Shown: positions 1 through 9,378, counted from the stretch's first letter. The stretch: DNA of 64,000 nt from an uncultured delta proteobacterium (GCA_963755125.1 CAVWIP010000012.1:128001-192000), one strand, 5' to 3'. Program-made: numbers and translations. Notes: generated by a model from the letters alone, not told the origin.

Positions 1-2871
1 CGTGCACCCGGTCATTGGCAGCGTGCCCGCTCACCAGCAGAGCGCGCTGGTTGGGAAATAGCTGACGGATGAGCTCGAATATCTCGATCCCATCCCGTTC
101 TTCGAGCAGGCTCATGTCCAGGATGACGAGGTCGCAGGGACTCGTGCCCGCGGCTGCGGCTTGCGCAAACCGCTGGTAGGCCTCCTTCCCGCTTTCCAGG
201 GTCTCGACCTTGTAGCCCAGGTGTTCGAGCACCCGCCGCCCGGTCCGCAAGAGGATGGGAGAGTCATCCACCAGCAGAATGCTGGGCCGACCCAGCGGCG
301 CGGGCGTCGGTGTGTGGGGAGCATCGGCCCGTCCCTCTGAAGGAAGGCAGGGGAAATACAACGTGAAGGTCGTGCCCTGACCGCGCACGCTGGTGACATC
401 GACGAAACCGCCATGTTCCTTCACGACGCCATGAACAATAGCGAGGCCAAGACCTGTGCCGCTCGACTCGCCCAGGGGCTTGGTGCTGAAGAAGGGCTCG
501 AAGATCCGCCCAGATCTTCCTGGGTAATCCCCCGGCCGGTATCGCTGATGGAAACAACCGCATAGTCGCCGGGTTCGATATGTTCAAATCCAACCACGGC
601 TTCGGTCAAGCGGCGCTGCCCCGCGGTCATGGTCAACTGTCCATCTCCCGCGATGGCCTCGACTCCGTTGTGCATCAGATTGGAGATCGCGCGGACCAGG
701 TGCGCCTCGGACGCCTGCACCGCCAGCGGCTTCGACGGCAACTGAGCCACGATCCTCACCCTCCGGCTTGCGTCCGAGGCGATCCAGGCGGAGTTCTCGG
801 CGATGCATCGAGAAACCACCGCAACCAAGTCCAGGGGTTCCTTGCTGACCTGGCCCTGACGGCCCAGGGTCAACAGATCCTTTATGGTCTGCGAAGCGCG
901 CAGGCTGGAAGCCTTGATACTCTCCAGGTCAGCGCGCATCTCCCTGGCCCGGCCATCCGGATCTAGCTTTTCCAGCTCGGCCAGAATGACCTCGGGCAAC
1001 GCCACCAGCGGTCCGAGCGAGTTGTTGAGGTCGTGAGCCACGCCGCCCGCCAGGGCGCTCAAGGATTGCAGCCGCTTGCTGGTTGCCAGGCGTTCCAGCT
1101 CATCGCGCTCGTGCAGACGCGTCCTCTCCAGCAGTTCCTGGTGAATCTGGATGCTCCGCAGCGCCACATTAAGCTGGTCGCGCAGAACGTGGTAGCCGTG
1201 GACGTCCGGCAACCATTCGAACGCTGCAATCCCCAGGCGTTCGGTTTCGAAGGCCAGTGGGAACACCAGCAGAATGCCTCTTCGCGACTGCGGATAGGTA
1301 TTCGGGGGAAACAGCAGTTGTGCGGGAAACGGAAGCGGCAAGGGAGATATGGGCTGGCCCTCAAGCATACAGAGGAAGGGCTGCAATTCTCTGGCGCTGC
1401 CATCGGTGAAACGCGACAAGAATGCGGTTTGAACGCCGGTGTCAGGAAGGACCTTGAGCAGCAACCGATCGAGGGACTGGTAGTCCAGCGCGACTCCGAT
1501 CTGCTCGCCCACAAAGAACAGGTTGCGGTAGTTCTGGTCGATTGCCACGCGGTGCTGGACCTGAATGGCCGTATCAGCCGTTGCGATCAAGGCAAAGGAG
1601 TCCGCCCACAGCCGTTCAAGGTCCAGATTGGCAAAATCATGCAACTCATCGCGCAACCATTCAATCGTTCCCTGAAGCGCTCGATACTGTTGGTAGCTCT
1701 CGCCCGCCTGATCGAGAAGCGTCTCCACGGCATGAGTGAAGGACTGAGGTTCTCCATTCATCTCGGCCTTCAGGGCCGCAATGAGTGCGTTGGCGGCGTG
1801 CTCGCGATCCAGGCCGGTGGCCTTGAGGACACACGCGAGCCTGCTCGAAAAATCGGCGCCACAACCCTGCACGTACTGCAATGGGGAAACGGCGGTGATA
1901 TCGGGAGGCGGCGTCTTGGTCCGTCGCACGCCTGGGCGGCAGCCACACGACCGGCGCACGACAAAGTTGGTTGCCAGCCGCGAGTGGGGAGCAACCGGTC
2001 GACCCGCCGCTTGATCGAGGACAATCTGAATCGCCCTTTCGGCCATGAGTTCGAACGGCTGAGCCACGCTGGTCAAGGCTGGCTTGCCCATACGGGAAGG
2101 GGGCAAGTCATCGAACCCGGTAACCCGAACGTCGCGGGGCACGTCGCGCCTGTGTTTGCGCAGGGCCGCGACCGCGCCCATGGCCATGTTGTCGTTGGCT
2201 GCCGCGATGGCGTCGAATTCGATTCCCTGCTTCAGTAGCGCCTCGACGCCATCGAACCCGTCGCCAGGCCGGAAATACCCGGGCACGATCAAGGCGGGGT
2301 CGATGTCGATGTGGTGCTGCTCCAGCACCTCTCGATAGGCTTGCAATCGCGTCTGGGCCTCGACCTTGCCAGGCGTCCCTGCAAGAAAAGCGACCCGCCG
2401 GCAATTGTGGTCGCGTATCAGGTGCTCGACCGCCGCGCGCATCCCCGGACCATCGTCGACCGTAAGACTCGGGGTGTTGGGAAGCTCGGCGCCGATGCTG
2501 CAGACGGGCATCTTGTCATAGCGGCGAGCCAGACGCAGAAGTCCCTCGGGACCACAAAAGCCAGAAAGCAGCGAGGAAACGATGATGACTCCGTCGGCGC
2601 GTTCATCGCCGATCAGCTCGAAGATCGCATTGTGCGCGGCACACCCGCGACGGGGTTCGTCCAGCCCGCGCCCGAAGACCATGAGCAGGTTCAGGTCGAG
2701 CGTCGTGGCCCGGTGGGAGAGTGCGCTCTGGATCTGTGAGCTGTACCCCACTGAAAAGAAGTCCATGTAGTCGAGCAGCACCGCAATCGTCTTGCGGCCG
2801 CATTGACCACGGCTGGCGGGTGAATCCAAGACGGGCGTCTCCCTAAGGTCAAACGGCGCCGAGCCTGGCAA
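1..2871 (-). pseudogene. Hybrid sensor histidine kinase (LacI/periplasmic-binding-protein-like sensor, HisKA/HATPase, C-terminal receiver); single-base frameshift near 509; 3' end runs off the window
   Basis: ORF 421..2871 has LacI-type motifs (AANDNMAMGA, VTGFDD), H-box GGVAHDLNN, N-box NLMHNGVEA and DTGRGI. After ITQEDL the kinase continues in another frame (RIFEPFFSTK...GTGLGLAIVHGVVKEHGG...ILLVDD...DLVILDM...ALLVSGH) to position 1. The frameshift could be real or a sequencing error. Confidence 0.85.
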
Positions 2872-2990
2872 GGCGCACGTTCCCTAAATTGAAATACGGC
2901 CGATCCGCTAAATTCTTGAGTTGTGGCCGCAATCACAGGGGACGAAATGCGCCGCAGGCGAAACCACCAAGTCGGGGGTATGCTCCCCAC

Positions 2991-3917
2991 ATGAAAAGGC
3001 GCAGGCTGACCCGGTTGCGAGAGCGCCTGGGCCAGGCTGTATGCAGCATGGCGGTGCTGGGCATCGGGGCGGTGGCGCAGGCGGAGGGAGCAGGTCCGCC
3101 TGCTGCGCCAGCGCCGGTGTCCCCGCCGGTCGTGTACACTCCCATGCTTCCCGCGCCGGTCGTTCAACCGCCGCCGGTCGTTCAACCGCCGCCGGTCGTG
3201 TACACTCCCATGCTTCCCGCGCCGGTCGTTCAATTGCCGCCGGTCGTGTACACTCCCATGCTTCCCGCGCCCATCGTTCAACCGCCGCAGATCTCCGTCG
3301 CTGCGCCAAGTGTGCCTGCGGCAGCAGGTGCTCAAGACGAGGTGGCCATCGCGAACGCGGCGCCCTTGCCAGCAGCCGCGCCCCGCTCACGGCGCTCGAT
3401 CGGAGTGATGGCCGACTTCGGTCTGCCTGACGGGGCCAATCTCGGCCTAGTGGTTCGTCCCGCCGCTTGGCTTCGCCTGCATGCCGCTGGCGGCACCAAC
3501 TCCGTCAGCTTGGGCTTCCGGGGCGGCGCCACGGCAATCCCGCACTGGTTCTGGCACTTCGGGCCTTCGCTCACTGTCGAAGCCGGCTACTGCCGGGTGG
3601 GGACCGTCAACCAAGTCCTGCGCGCGTTCTTCCAGGTCCCTGCCTGGATGCAGGACTACGTGCAACAGGCTGGCTACGCGTACTACAATTTCCATCTTGG
3701 CATCGAGTTCGGCCGCGGCAACGTGACCGGCTTCATACACGCCGGTTACAGCTACGTGGACGGCACCGTGCGCACACCCAACGCGGTTTCCGTTGCCGCC
3801 GGGACCAGCAGCTCCGCGGCCGATCCGCCGCAGGTTATCTTGGGCCAGGACGCGACGGTGCGGGTGTACACCCCTTCGGCCAAGGCGGGGCTCATCGTGT
3901 TCTTCGGAGGGCCTTGA
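2991..3917 (+). CDS. Exported protein with Pro-rich repeat N-terminus and probable outer-membrane beta-barrel C-terminus
   Basis: Signal-like N-terminus (...MAVLGIGAVAQA), PVVYTPMLPAPVVQPP repeats, alternating beta-strand pattern with aromatic residues ending ...AGLIVFFGGP. Start uncertain (2889 or 2991). Confidence 0.65.
   Translation: MKRRRLTRLRERLGQAVCSMAVLGIGAVAQAEGAGPPAAPAPVSPPVVYTPMLPAPVVQPPPVVQPPPVVYTPMLPAPVVQLPPVVYTPMLPAPIVQPPQISVAAPSVPAAAGAQDEVAIANAAPLPAAAPRSRRSIGVMADFGLPDGANLGLVVRPAAWLRLHAAGGTNSVSLGFRGGATAIPHWFWHFGPSLTVEAGYCRVGTVNQVLRAFFQVPAWMQDYVQQAGYAYYNFHLGIEFGRGNVTGFIHAGYSYVDGTVRTPNAVSVAAGTSSSAADPPQVILGQDATVRVYTPSAKAGLIVFFGGP
3123..3288 (+). repeat. In-frame coding tandem repeat: three copies of a 35-bp core ccgccggtcgtgtacactcccatgcttcccgcgcc
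   Basis: Copies start at 3123, 3189 and 3237 (periods 66 and 48, both multiples of 3). The linkers are themselves gtcgttcaaccgccg-like repeats. Confidence 0.9.
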
Positions 3918-3919
3918 TC

Positions 3920-4471
3920 ATGCGTTCCCGCCCTGCCCTGGCAGCGCTGGCCGGCGCACTGGCCTTGGGCTGCGTTCCCTCGGTGCAGATCGATGCGCCT
4001 GACATCGAGATCACCCAGCCCAATCTGTCGTTTCCCGCCGTTCCAGCCGAAGCCGGTCAATCGGTCACAGCTCTGTTCAGGTTCAGCACTGCCAAGCTTG
4101 GTGCGGCCGGCAAGCCCGATGCCGGTTCTCTCAAGAACATCAAGCGCATGCAGATCACGCAAGTCGTTCTCAAGGCCGACTCGGGCATCGAGGACTTTTC
4201 CTTCCTGGATCGTTTGACTGTGGACGCGGCGAACCTGGGCTACGCCACCCAGTCCAGCCCTGGCCAGCCCGTGATCCAGATCGTCGACTACCAGGCGGCC
4301 GACGTGGCGAGCGGGGTTGTGTTGCAGCTACCCCTGTCCCCACCGGTCGACATGCTGCCACTGTGGGGACACCCTTCAGTCTACGTTACCGTCACCGCCA
4401 CCGGCGCTCTCCCCACAGTCGCTTGGTCGATGGACGTTGTCTTCTCGCTGTCACTCGATATATCTCAGTAG
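3920..4471 (+). CDS. Putative lipoprotein, function unknown
   Basis: ATG at 3920, 2 bp after the upstream stop; lipobox-like MRSRPALAALAGALALGC; beta-rich body. Confidence 0.7.
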   Translation: MRSRPALAALAGALALGCVPSVQIDAPDIEITQPNLSFPAVPAEAGQSVTALFRFSTAKLGAAGKPDAGSLKNIKRMQITQVVLKADSGIEDFSFLDRLTVDAANLGYATQSSPGQPVIQIVDYQAADVASGVVLQLPLSPPVDMLPLWGHPSVYVTVTATGALPTVAWSMDVVFSLSLDISQ

Positions 4472-4483
4472 GCATGCCCCGCC

Positions 4484-4514
4484 TTGACACTTTCAATATC
4501 GTCCCGTAAGTAAT
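4484..4514 (+). promoter_or_regulatory. Candidate sigma70-type promoter; the -35 overlaps a TTGA-N5-TCAA palindrome
   Basis: Perfect TTGACA at 4484-4489 in an AT-rich patch; weak -10 (taagtaat, 4507-4514); ttgacactttcaa at 4484-4496. Confidence 0.35.
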
Positions 4515-4560
4515 GGCGATGGCTCGGGTTGTGGACAGCCGACCAGTGCGACGCGCGAGG

Positions 4561-4944
4561 ATGCGCGCTACCAGCACCCTGCTGCTGGCTGCCCAACTTC
4601 TTACCCTGGGCCATCTGTTGGTCGTGCGACACACGATCTGTCCCGAACACGGTGAAGCGATTCACTCGGCATCGTCCAGCCAAGTGCAGGCGATGCGTCC
4701 TGGTCATCAGAGCGCGGCAGCCGATCCCGCGCTCGACAGCGGGGCGACGCCGGCCGAGCACGCCCATGATCACTGTCTGGCCCGGGCCAACACGCGCGAA
4801 CGGTTCGCGTTGCTGCCGGTTCCCGAGCTAGTACCCGGCCCGCTGCTCGCGGCCGCAACCCCGCCGTCGCCGTCAGTCGTCGGCGCGGCTCCAGCCCTGG
4901 CCCTGCTCCGGGTCGCGCCCAAGAACTCGCCTCCCTCGGCGTAG
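4561..4944 (+). CDS. His/Cys-rich exported leader protein (DUF2946/CruR/CutF-like architecture) with C-terminal APKNSPP
   Basis: Hydrophobic N-terminus, HTICPEHG...IH and HAHDHC motifs, Pro-rich tail ending RVAPKNSPPSA; sits directly upstream of a metal-uptake operon. Alternative start 4513. Confidence 0.7.
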   Translation: MRATSTLLLAAQLLTLGHLLVVRHTICPEHGEAIHSASSSQVQAMRPGHQSAAADPALDSGATPAEHAHDHCLARANTRERFALLPVPELVPGPLLAAATPPSPSVVGAAPALALLRVAPKNSPPSA

Positions 4945-5053
4945 CCCAAGCAAAGCGCCATGGGCGCACAGACTCGGCCAGGCTACGGGAGCGTGCCTGC
5001 CTTTCCGTCTTCGTCGCCACGCTCCCGGTTCGCTGAAACCATGGAGGACGAGT
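4925..5053 (+). promoter_or_regulatory. Structured inter-cistronic RNA with potential anti-Shine-Dalgarno pairing
   Basis: actcgcctcc (4925-4934) pairs with ggagg-a-cgagt (5043-5053): 10 bp with one bulge. Perfect 10-bp stem cgggagcgtg (4986-4995)/cacgctcccg (5018-5027). Stem gtagcc (4941-4946)/ggctac (4981-4986). Confidence 0.6.
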
Positions 5054-5054
5054 C

Positions 5055-6479
5055 ATGTTTTCCTTTGCTCTGACCACGGCCTTGCTACTAGCGCAGCCTC
5101 TCGACAGTCCCAGCGAGAGCCCGGCTGCGGCCGACGTCCCGACACCCGCCAGCTCCACGACCGCACCCGAGGTTAAACCAGCACCCTCCTACGATGATCT
5201 TGTCCGGCGCATCGAGGCGCTGGAAAAGGCGGAGGCAGCGCGCGCTGCCCCACCCCCGACCCGATCGACCGCGGGGGTGTTTACCCAGAATCGCTTCAAC
5301 CCGGATCTTTCGATCATTGCCGACTTCGCAGTGGTTGGCACCAGTATCAACGACAAAACCGCCCAGACTCTGGCGGTTCCGGGATTCATTGACCAATCGG
5401 ACCGCACCGGCAAGTTGCGCGGAATCGACTTCAACTACCTGGAACTGGCCTTCAACGTCGCGGTCGACCCGTACTTTGACTTCTTCAGCGTTGTCACCAT
5501 CGCGCCTGGAACGGCCGATGTCGTGGACGTCGAGGAAACCTATGTCGATACACGCCAGCTTCCGTTCGGCTTTCAGCTACGCATCGGGAAGTTCCTTTCA
5601 GCCTTCGGACGTCTCAATGGAATGCACCAGCACGTCTGGGATTTTTATGACCAGCCCCTGGTGTACGAGGCCTTCATGGGTACTGAAGGGTTCAAGAACC
5701 CGGGGTTGAGGGTGTCCTGGACCGCGCCAGTGGATTTCCTGTTGCAATTGAACTTCGAGGTGTTTCAGGGCGTATCGGACGAATCACAGACCTACAATGC
5801 CGTCGGCTATAGCCTGACGGCGGCCAACGGGACCACACTCTCGTCCGCAGCTCCCTTTGTCCCGGGCTTGTACGTCGGCTCGTTGAAGTCCTCCTTCGAT
5901 TCCGGAGACCACGTCTTCCTGGTTGGGGCCTCGGCCATGTACGGACACTCGACCCAGTCGTACGGCTCGCCAACTGACATGGTCTTCAGCGCTCCGGGCA
6001 CGATCTTGTACGATGGAGAATTGACGTACAAATACCTCATCAGTTCGTACCGCAGCCTCACCTGGCAGAGCGAGTACGTGGGCCGCGTGTCATCCGGGGA
6101 TCTCGCCCTGGCCTCGGACGGAAGCGTCCATCATGAATCCAAGAAACAGGGTGGCTTCTACACCCAGCTCATCTGGCGCTTCGACGATCCGGGCCGGTGG
6201 AGGGTGGGAGAGCGCTTCGACCTGCTGACCCAGAATTCGGTGACCATTGATGGCGTGACCCAGAGTTCACTGACCATCAATGGTGTGGGTCAGCCGCTCA
6301 CCAACATGCTCCAGCGCTATACCACCATGCTCGAATTCAGCCCCACTGAATTCTCCAGATTCCGGCTGCAGTATGACTTCGACCGGTCCCGCGATCTGGA
6401 TGGCGTGCGAAAGAATATCCATGAAGTGTTGCTCCAGATGAACATCGCCGTCGGCCCCCACGGGGCTCACTCATTCTGA
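5055..6479 (+). CDS. Outer-membrane beta-barrel protein of the zinc-regulated receptor/porin-like type
   Basis: Signal peptide, coiled coil, NPDLSII, VDPYFD, IGKFLSAFGRLNGMHQH, FSPTEFSRFRLQY and terminal GPHGAHSF, typical of outer-membrane proteins encoded beside metal ABC binding proteins. Confidence 0.75.
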   Translation: MFSFALTTALLLAQPLDSPSESPAAADVPTPASSTTAPEVKPAPSYDDLVRRIEALEKAEAARAAPPPTRSTAGVFTQNRFNPDLSIIADFAVVGTSINDKTAQTLAVPGFIDQSDRTGKLRGIDFNYLELAFNVAVDPYFDFFSVVTIAPGTADVVDVEETYVDTRQLPFGFQLRIGKFLSAFGRLNGMHQHVWDFYDQPLVYEAFMGTEGFKNPGLRVSWTAPVDFLLQLNFEVFQGVSDESQTYNAVGYSLTAANGTTLSSAAPFVPGLYVGSLKSSFDSGDHVFLVGASAMYGHSTQSYGSPTDMVFSAPGTILYDGELTYKYLISSYRSLTWQSEYVGRVSSGDLALASDGSVHHESKKQGGFYTQLIWRFDDPGRWRVGERFDLLTQNSVTIDGVTQSSLTINGVGQPLTNMLQRYTTMLEFSPTEFSRFRLQYDFDRSRDLDGVRKNIHEVLLQMNIAVGPHGAHSF

Positions 6480-6496
6480 TGACTAGGAGAAGCCCA

Positions 6497-7393
6497 ATGA
6501 AGTTCATGATGACTCTGCTCGCAACTGCGATCGTCTTCGCACTCGCCGTGCCCGTACAAGCCAAGACCAAGATCGTGGTCACCTATCCGTACATCGCGGC
6601 GCTGGTCGGGGAGATTGCCAAGGGCCAGGCCGAGGTGACCACCCTCGCCAAGGGGGATGAAGATCCGCACTTCGTGGTTCCGCGTCCCTCGTTCATCGGA
6701 AAGCTCCGCCAGGCGGACCTTCTCATCATCAATGGCGGCTCGCTGGAGATCGGATTCGTGCCGCCGCTCATCCGGCAGGCCAATAACCCGAAGATCATGC
6801 CGGGCGCCGAAGGCTTCGTCGATCTGTCCCAGTCCGTCGATCTCATCGAGAAACCCGACAAGGTGAGCCGCTCGGAGGGCGACATCCACCCCGAAGGGAA
6901 CCCGCACTTCATCCTCGACTGGCACAATGTGCCGCCCGTGGCGCGGGCCATCGCCGATGCGCTTGGCCGGGCCGACCGCGGCGGGGCCGGCGCGTATCAG
7001 AAGAACCTCGAGGGTTTCCTAGCGCGCTGGAAGGCGCAGTCCGATGCCTGGGACAAGAAAGCCTCACCGCTGAAGGGCAAGGCCATCATCCAGTACCACC
7101 GACTGTTCGACTATTTCGCCCTGCGAACGGGAATGAAGATCGTCGGCGAGTTGGAGCCCAAACCCGGCATTCCTCCCACCAGCAGGCACCTGGAGGATCT
7201 GATTGAGGCGAATACGGCCGGCACGGTGTACATGGTCGTGACCGACGCGTATCACGAGAAGAAGTCGCCTGAAGGTGTGGCCCAAAAGCTATCGGTCCCG
7301 TGGGCGGTGCTGCCCCAGGATGTGGGAGCGATTGCAGCCGCCAAGGACATCTTCAGCCTGTACGACACACTGCTGGCGAGCGTCCTCAAATGA
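6497..7393 (+). CDS. Metal (Zn/Mn) ABC transporter substrate-binding protein, ZnuA/TroA family
   Basis: RBS aggaga before ATG 6497; signal peptide; DPHF, ADLLIINGGSLE, GDIHPEGNPHF, YH..FDYF and EPKPGIPP motifs. Confidence 0.9.
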   Translation: MKFMMTLLATAIVFALAVPVQAKTKIVVTYPYIAALVGEIAKGQAEVTTLAKGDEDPHFVVPRPSFIGKLRQADLLIINGGSLEIGFVPPLIRQANNPKIMPGAEGFVDLSQSVDLIEKPDKVSRSEGDIHPEGNPHFILDWHNVPPVARAIADALGRADRGGAGAYQKNLEGFLARWKAQSDAWDKKASPLKGKAIIQYHRLFDYFALRTGMKIVGELEPKPGIPPTSRHLEDLIEANTAGTVYMVVTDAYHEKKSPEGVAQKLSVPWAVLPQDVGAIAAAKDIFSLYDTLLASVLK

Positions 7394-8154
7394 TCGACGT
7401 CCTCCTCAGCGCATTCCTTCTCTCGGTCGTGCTCCTGGGCATCCATTCGTACTATGGGCTGCACATCATCGAGCGCGGCATCATCTTCACCGATCTGGGA
7501 ATTGGACAGATGGCGGCTTTCGGCGCGGCGATAGCCATCCTGGCTTTTGACGGCAAGCACATGTACCCAGTGTCACTGGCCTTCTCGCTTGCGGGAGCCT
7601 TCCTCATCGCACTGTCGACCAAGCGAACGCGCAACCACGAGGCTTTCATCGGGCTGCTCTATGCATTCGGGATGAGCGCCGCGGTCATTGCCCTGTCGCG
7701 GGCGCCGCGCGGAGCCGAGGAGATGCAGCACCTGGTAGCCGCCGACATCCTCTTCGTGCCCATGAGCGCGGTGCTCAAGACCGCGGGCCTCTATCTGGCC
7801 ATCGGGGCGGTGCTCTGGCTCACCATGGGGCGCCTGCGGGGCACGTTGAAAGAGATGGTGTTCTTCGGCACGTTCTCGCTCACTGTCACCAGTTCGGTCA
7901 ACCTCGCGGGAGTTCTCGTGGTGTTCGCCATCCTGGTGGCCCCTGCCTTCATGGTATCCAGCATGAAAGGCTCGTTCAGGGTGAAACTGCTGCTGGCGTG
8001 GGGGCTCGGCACAGTGCTCAATCTCATCGCCATCACCGCCTCGTATTTTCTCGACCTTCCCACTGGGCACACCGTCGTCGCACTCTACGCGCTCAGTGGG
8101 ATCGTCTTCACCCTGGTGCGCGGGTCAGTGAAGTTGAGCCCAGGTAGTGCCTGA
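7390..8154 (+). CDS. Metal ABC transporter permease (ZnuB/ABC-3-like)
   Basis: ATGA overlap with the binding-protein gene; multiple TM helices; GLHIIERGIIFTDL, EAFIGLLY, GVLVVFAILVAPA and DLPTG. Confidence 0.85.
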   Translation: MIDVLLSAFLLSVVLLGIHSYYGLHIIERGIIFTDLGIGQMAAFGAAIAILAFDGKHMYPVSLAFSLAGAFLIALSTKRTRNHEAFIGLLYAFGMSAAVIALSRAPRGAEEMQHLVAADILFVPMSAVLKTAGLYLAIGAVLWLTMGRLRGTLKEMVFFGTFSLTVTSSVNLAGVLVVFAILVAPAFMVSSMKGSFRVKLLLAWGLGTVLNLIAITASYFLDLPTGHTVVALYALSGIVFTLVRGSVKLSPGSA

Positions 8155-8341
8155 GGTCGCTGCAACTGCGCAAGAGTTGCGCGAACGGGCCGACGTGCCG
8201 GTCCGTGATCGGCATTCTGTTGCGGGCGCTGTAACGGGCTTGCCTGGCAACGCATCAACCTCCACACGGTTGTGAGTTGCGTGGCCCGCCTTCTGGGCAG
8301 GCAGCAGCCCACGAGGCAACCCAAGAACGGAGGGAGGATCG

Positions 8342-8809
8342 ATGAAACCAACACTTATTGCCGCTCTACTTCTGTCTCTGGTGACGTTCGCCCCTGCGCA
8401 CGCCGCCGATCAGCCGGCCATGGCCATGGCCGGGGCCCCGCCCACTTGCGGCCAGATGTTGTCGAGCATGGCCGTGATTCCCGAAAAGCTCGCCACCGGG
8501 GCCATGTCGGTGGCCGACATGTGGGAGGCCCACGCGAAGTTCATGTCTTCCAACAAGGACAAGGCCTCGCAGGCCGAGGCCAAGGGTCTGCGTGAACTGG
8601 CCAAAGAACACAAGCAAATAGCGGCCAGCCTGGAGAAGGCAGCCGCCAACATGAAGAAGGCCGCGTCCTGGCCGGCGGCGCCGCACGACATGGCCAAGAT
8701 GAAGGCTGACCCCGAATTGATGGCGGCTCAGAAGAAGCTGCTCGATGCTTCCAAGGAGATCATCGCCGAGTTCCAGAAGATGGTTGCCAATATGGAGAAG
8801 ATGAAGTAG
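8342..8809 (+). CDS. Exported alpha-helical Met-rich protein, function unknown
   Basis: RBS ggagg; signal peptide ending AHA; 15 Met in total, 3 His and 1 Cys in the mature part. Confidence 0.75.
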   Translation: MKPTLIAALLLSLVTFAPAHAADQPAMAMAGAPPTCGQMLSSMAVIPEKLATGAMSVADMWEAHAKFMSSNKDKASQAEAKGLRELAKEHKQIAASLEKAAANMKKAASWPAAPHDMAKMKADPELMAAQKKLLDASKEIIAEFQKMVANMEKMK

Positions 8810-8829
8810 CGCCGTCTCTCGAATTGGTC

Positions 8830-8886
8830 CCTTCTGTGCCCTCTGTGGTGGAGGAAGGGGGGATCCCGCCACAGAGGCACGGAAGG
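8830..8886. terminator. Long imperfect inverted repeat between convergent genes (bidirectional terminator or REP-like element)
   Basis: ccttctgtgccctctgtggtgg (8830-8851) pairs with ccgccacagaggcacggaagg (8866-8886). Confidence 0.6.
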
Positions 8887-8897
8887 TGTGCAGGGGG

Positions 8898-9344
8898 CTA
8901 CTCTTCGAGCCGCTTCACTTCGTGCGGGCGCAGGCTCTTGACGATCAGACCCAGGCCAGCAGCGATGAGGCCGAACATGACAAGGGCGTCAAACAGGGTG
9001 GTGGTCCTGAAGTAGATGTGCATGTTCATCAAGATGCCGGCGGCGATGAACAGCAGGCCGCCTACGGTCAAGACCCAGCCCAGCACGGATTTGCCGTTGA
9101 CGAAAAGCGTGCCGATGCCGAAGAGCAGCGGAACCAGGGTCAGCCCAAAGCTGTTCCCGAATACGCCGAAGCCGCCCGGATAGCCGAATGCGGTCTGCAC
9201 GTACACGTGGTTGAACAACAGGTAGAAGCCGACCGCGGCCACCCCAAGCCCGATGAAGAATTCTGCGAGGCCACCGGGCGTTCCACCCGCGCCTTGGAAT
9301 TTCCTCTGCGGCTGGCCGCCCGCGCTCGCTCCGGTTTGGCTCAT
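8898..9344 (-). CDS. Small integral membrane protein (about 4 TM), function unknown
   Basis: 148 aa; GAGGTPGGLAEFFIG start followed by Gly-rich hydrophobic helices. Confidence 0.8.
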   Translation of the reverse strand: MSQTGASAGGQPQRKFQGAGGTPGGLAEFFIGLGVAAVGFYLLFNHVYVQTAFGYPGGFGVFGNSFGLTLVPLLFGIGTLFVNGKSVLGWVLTVGGLLFIAAGILMNMHIYFRTTTLFDALVMFGLIAAGLGLIVKSLRPHEVKRLEE

Positions 9345-9378
9345 AGCGACGATTATGCTACCGGGAAGGCGGCCGTGG

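Noticed and set aside
3123..3288. Three 35-bp direct repeats resembling a mini CRISPR array
   Set aside because: The spacers are 31 and 13 bp, are repeats of each other and keep the reading frame of a Pro-rich protein; no cas genes are present.
4484..4496. TTGA-N5-TCAA as a Zur, Fur or FNR box
   Set aside because: The spacing does not match FNR (TTGAT-N4-ATCAA) or the Zur/Fur boxes I know; kept only as an unassigned palindrome.
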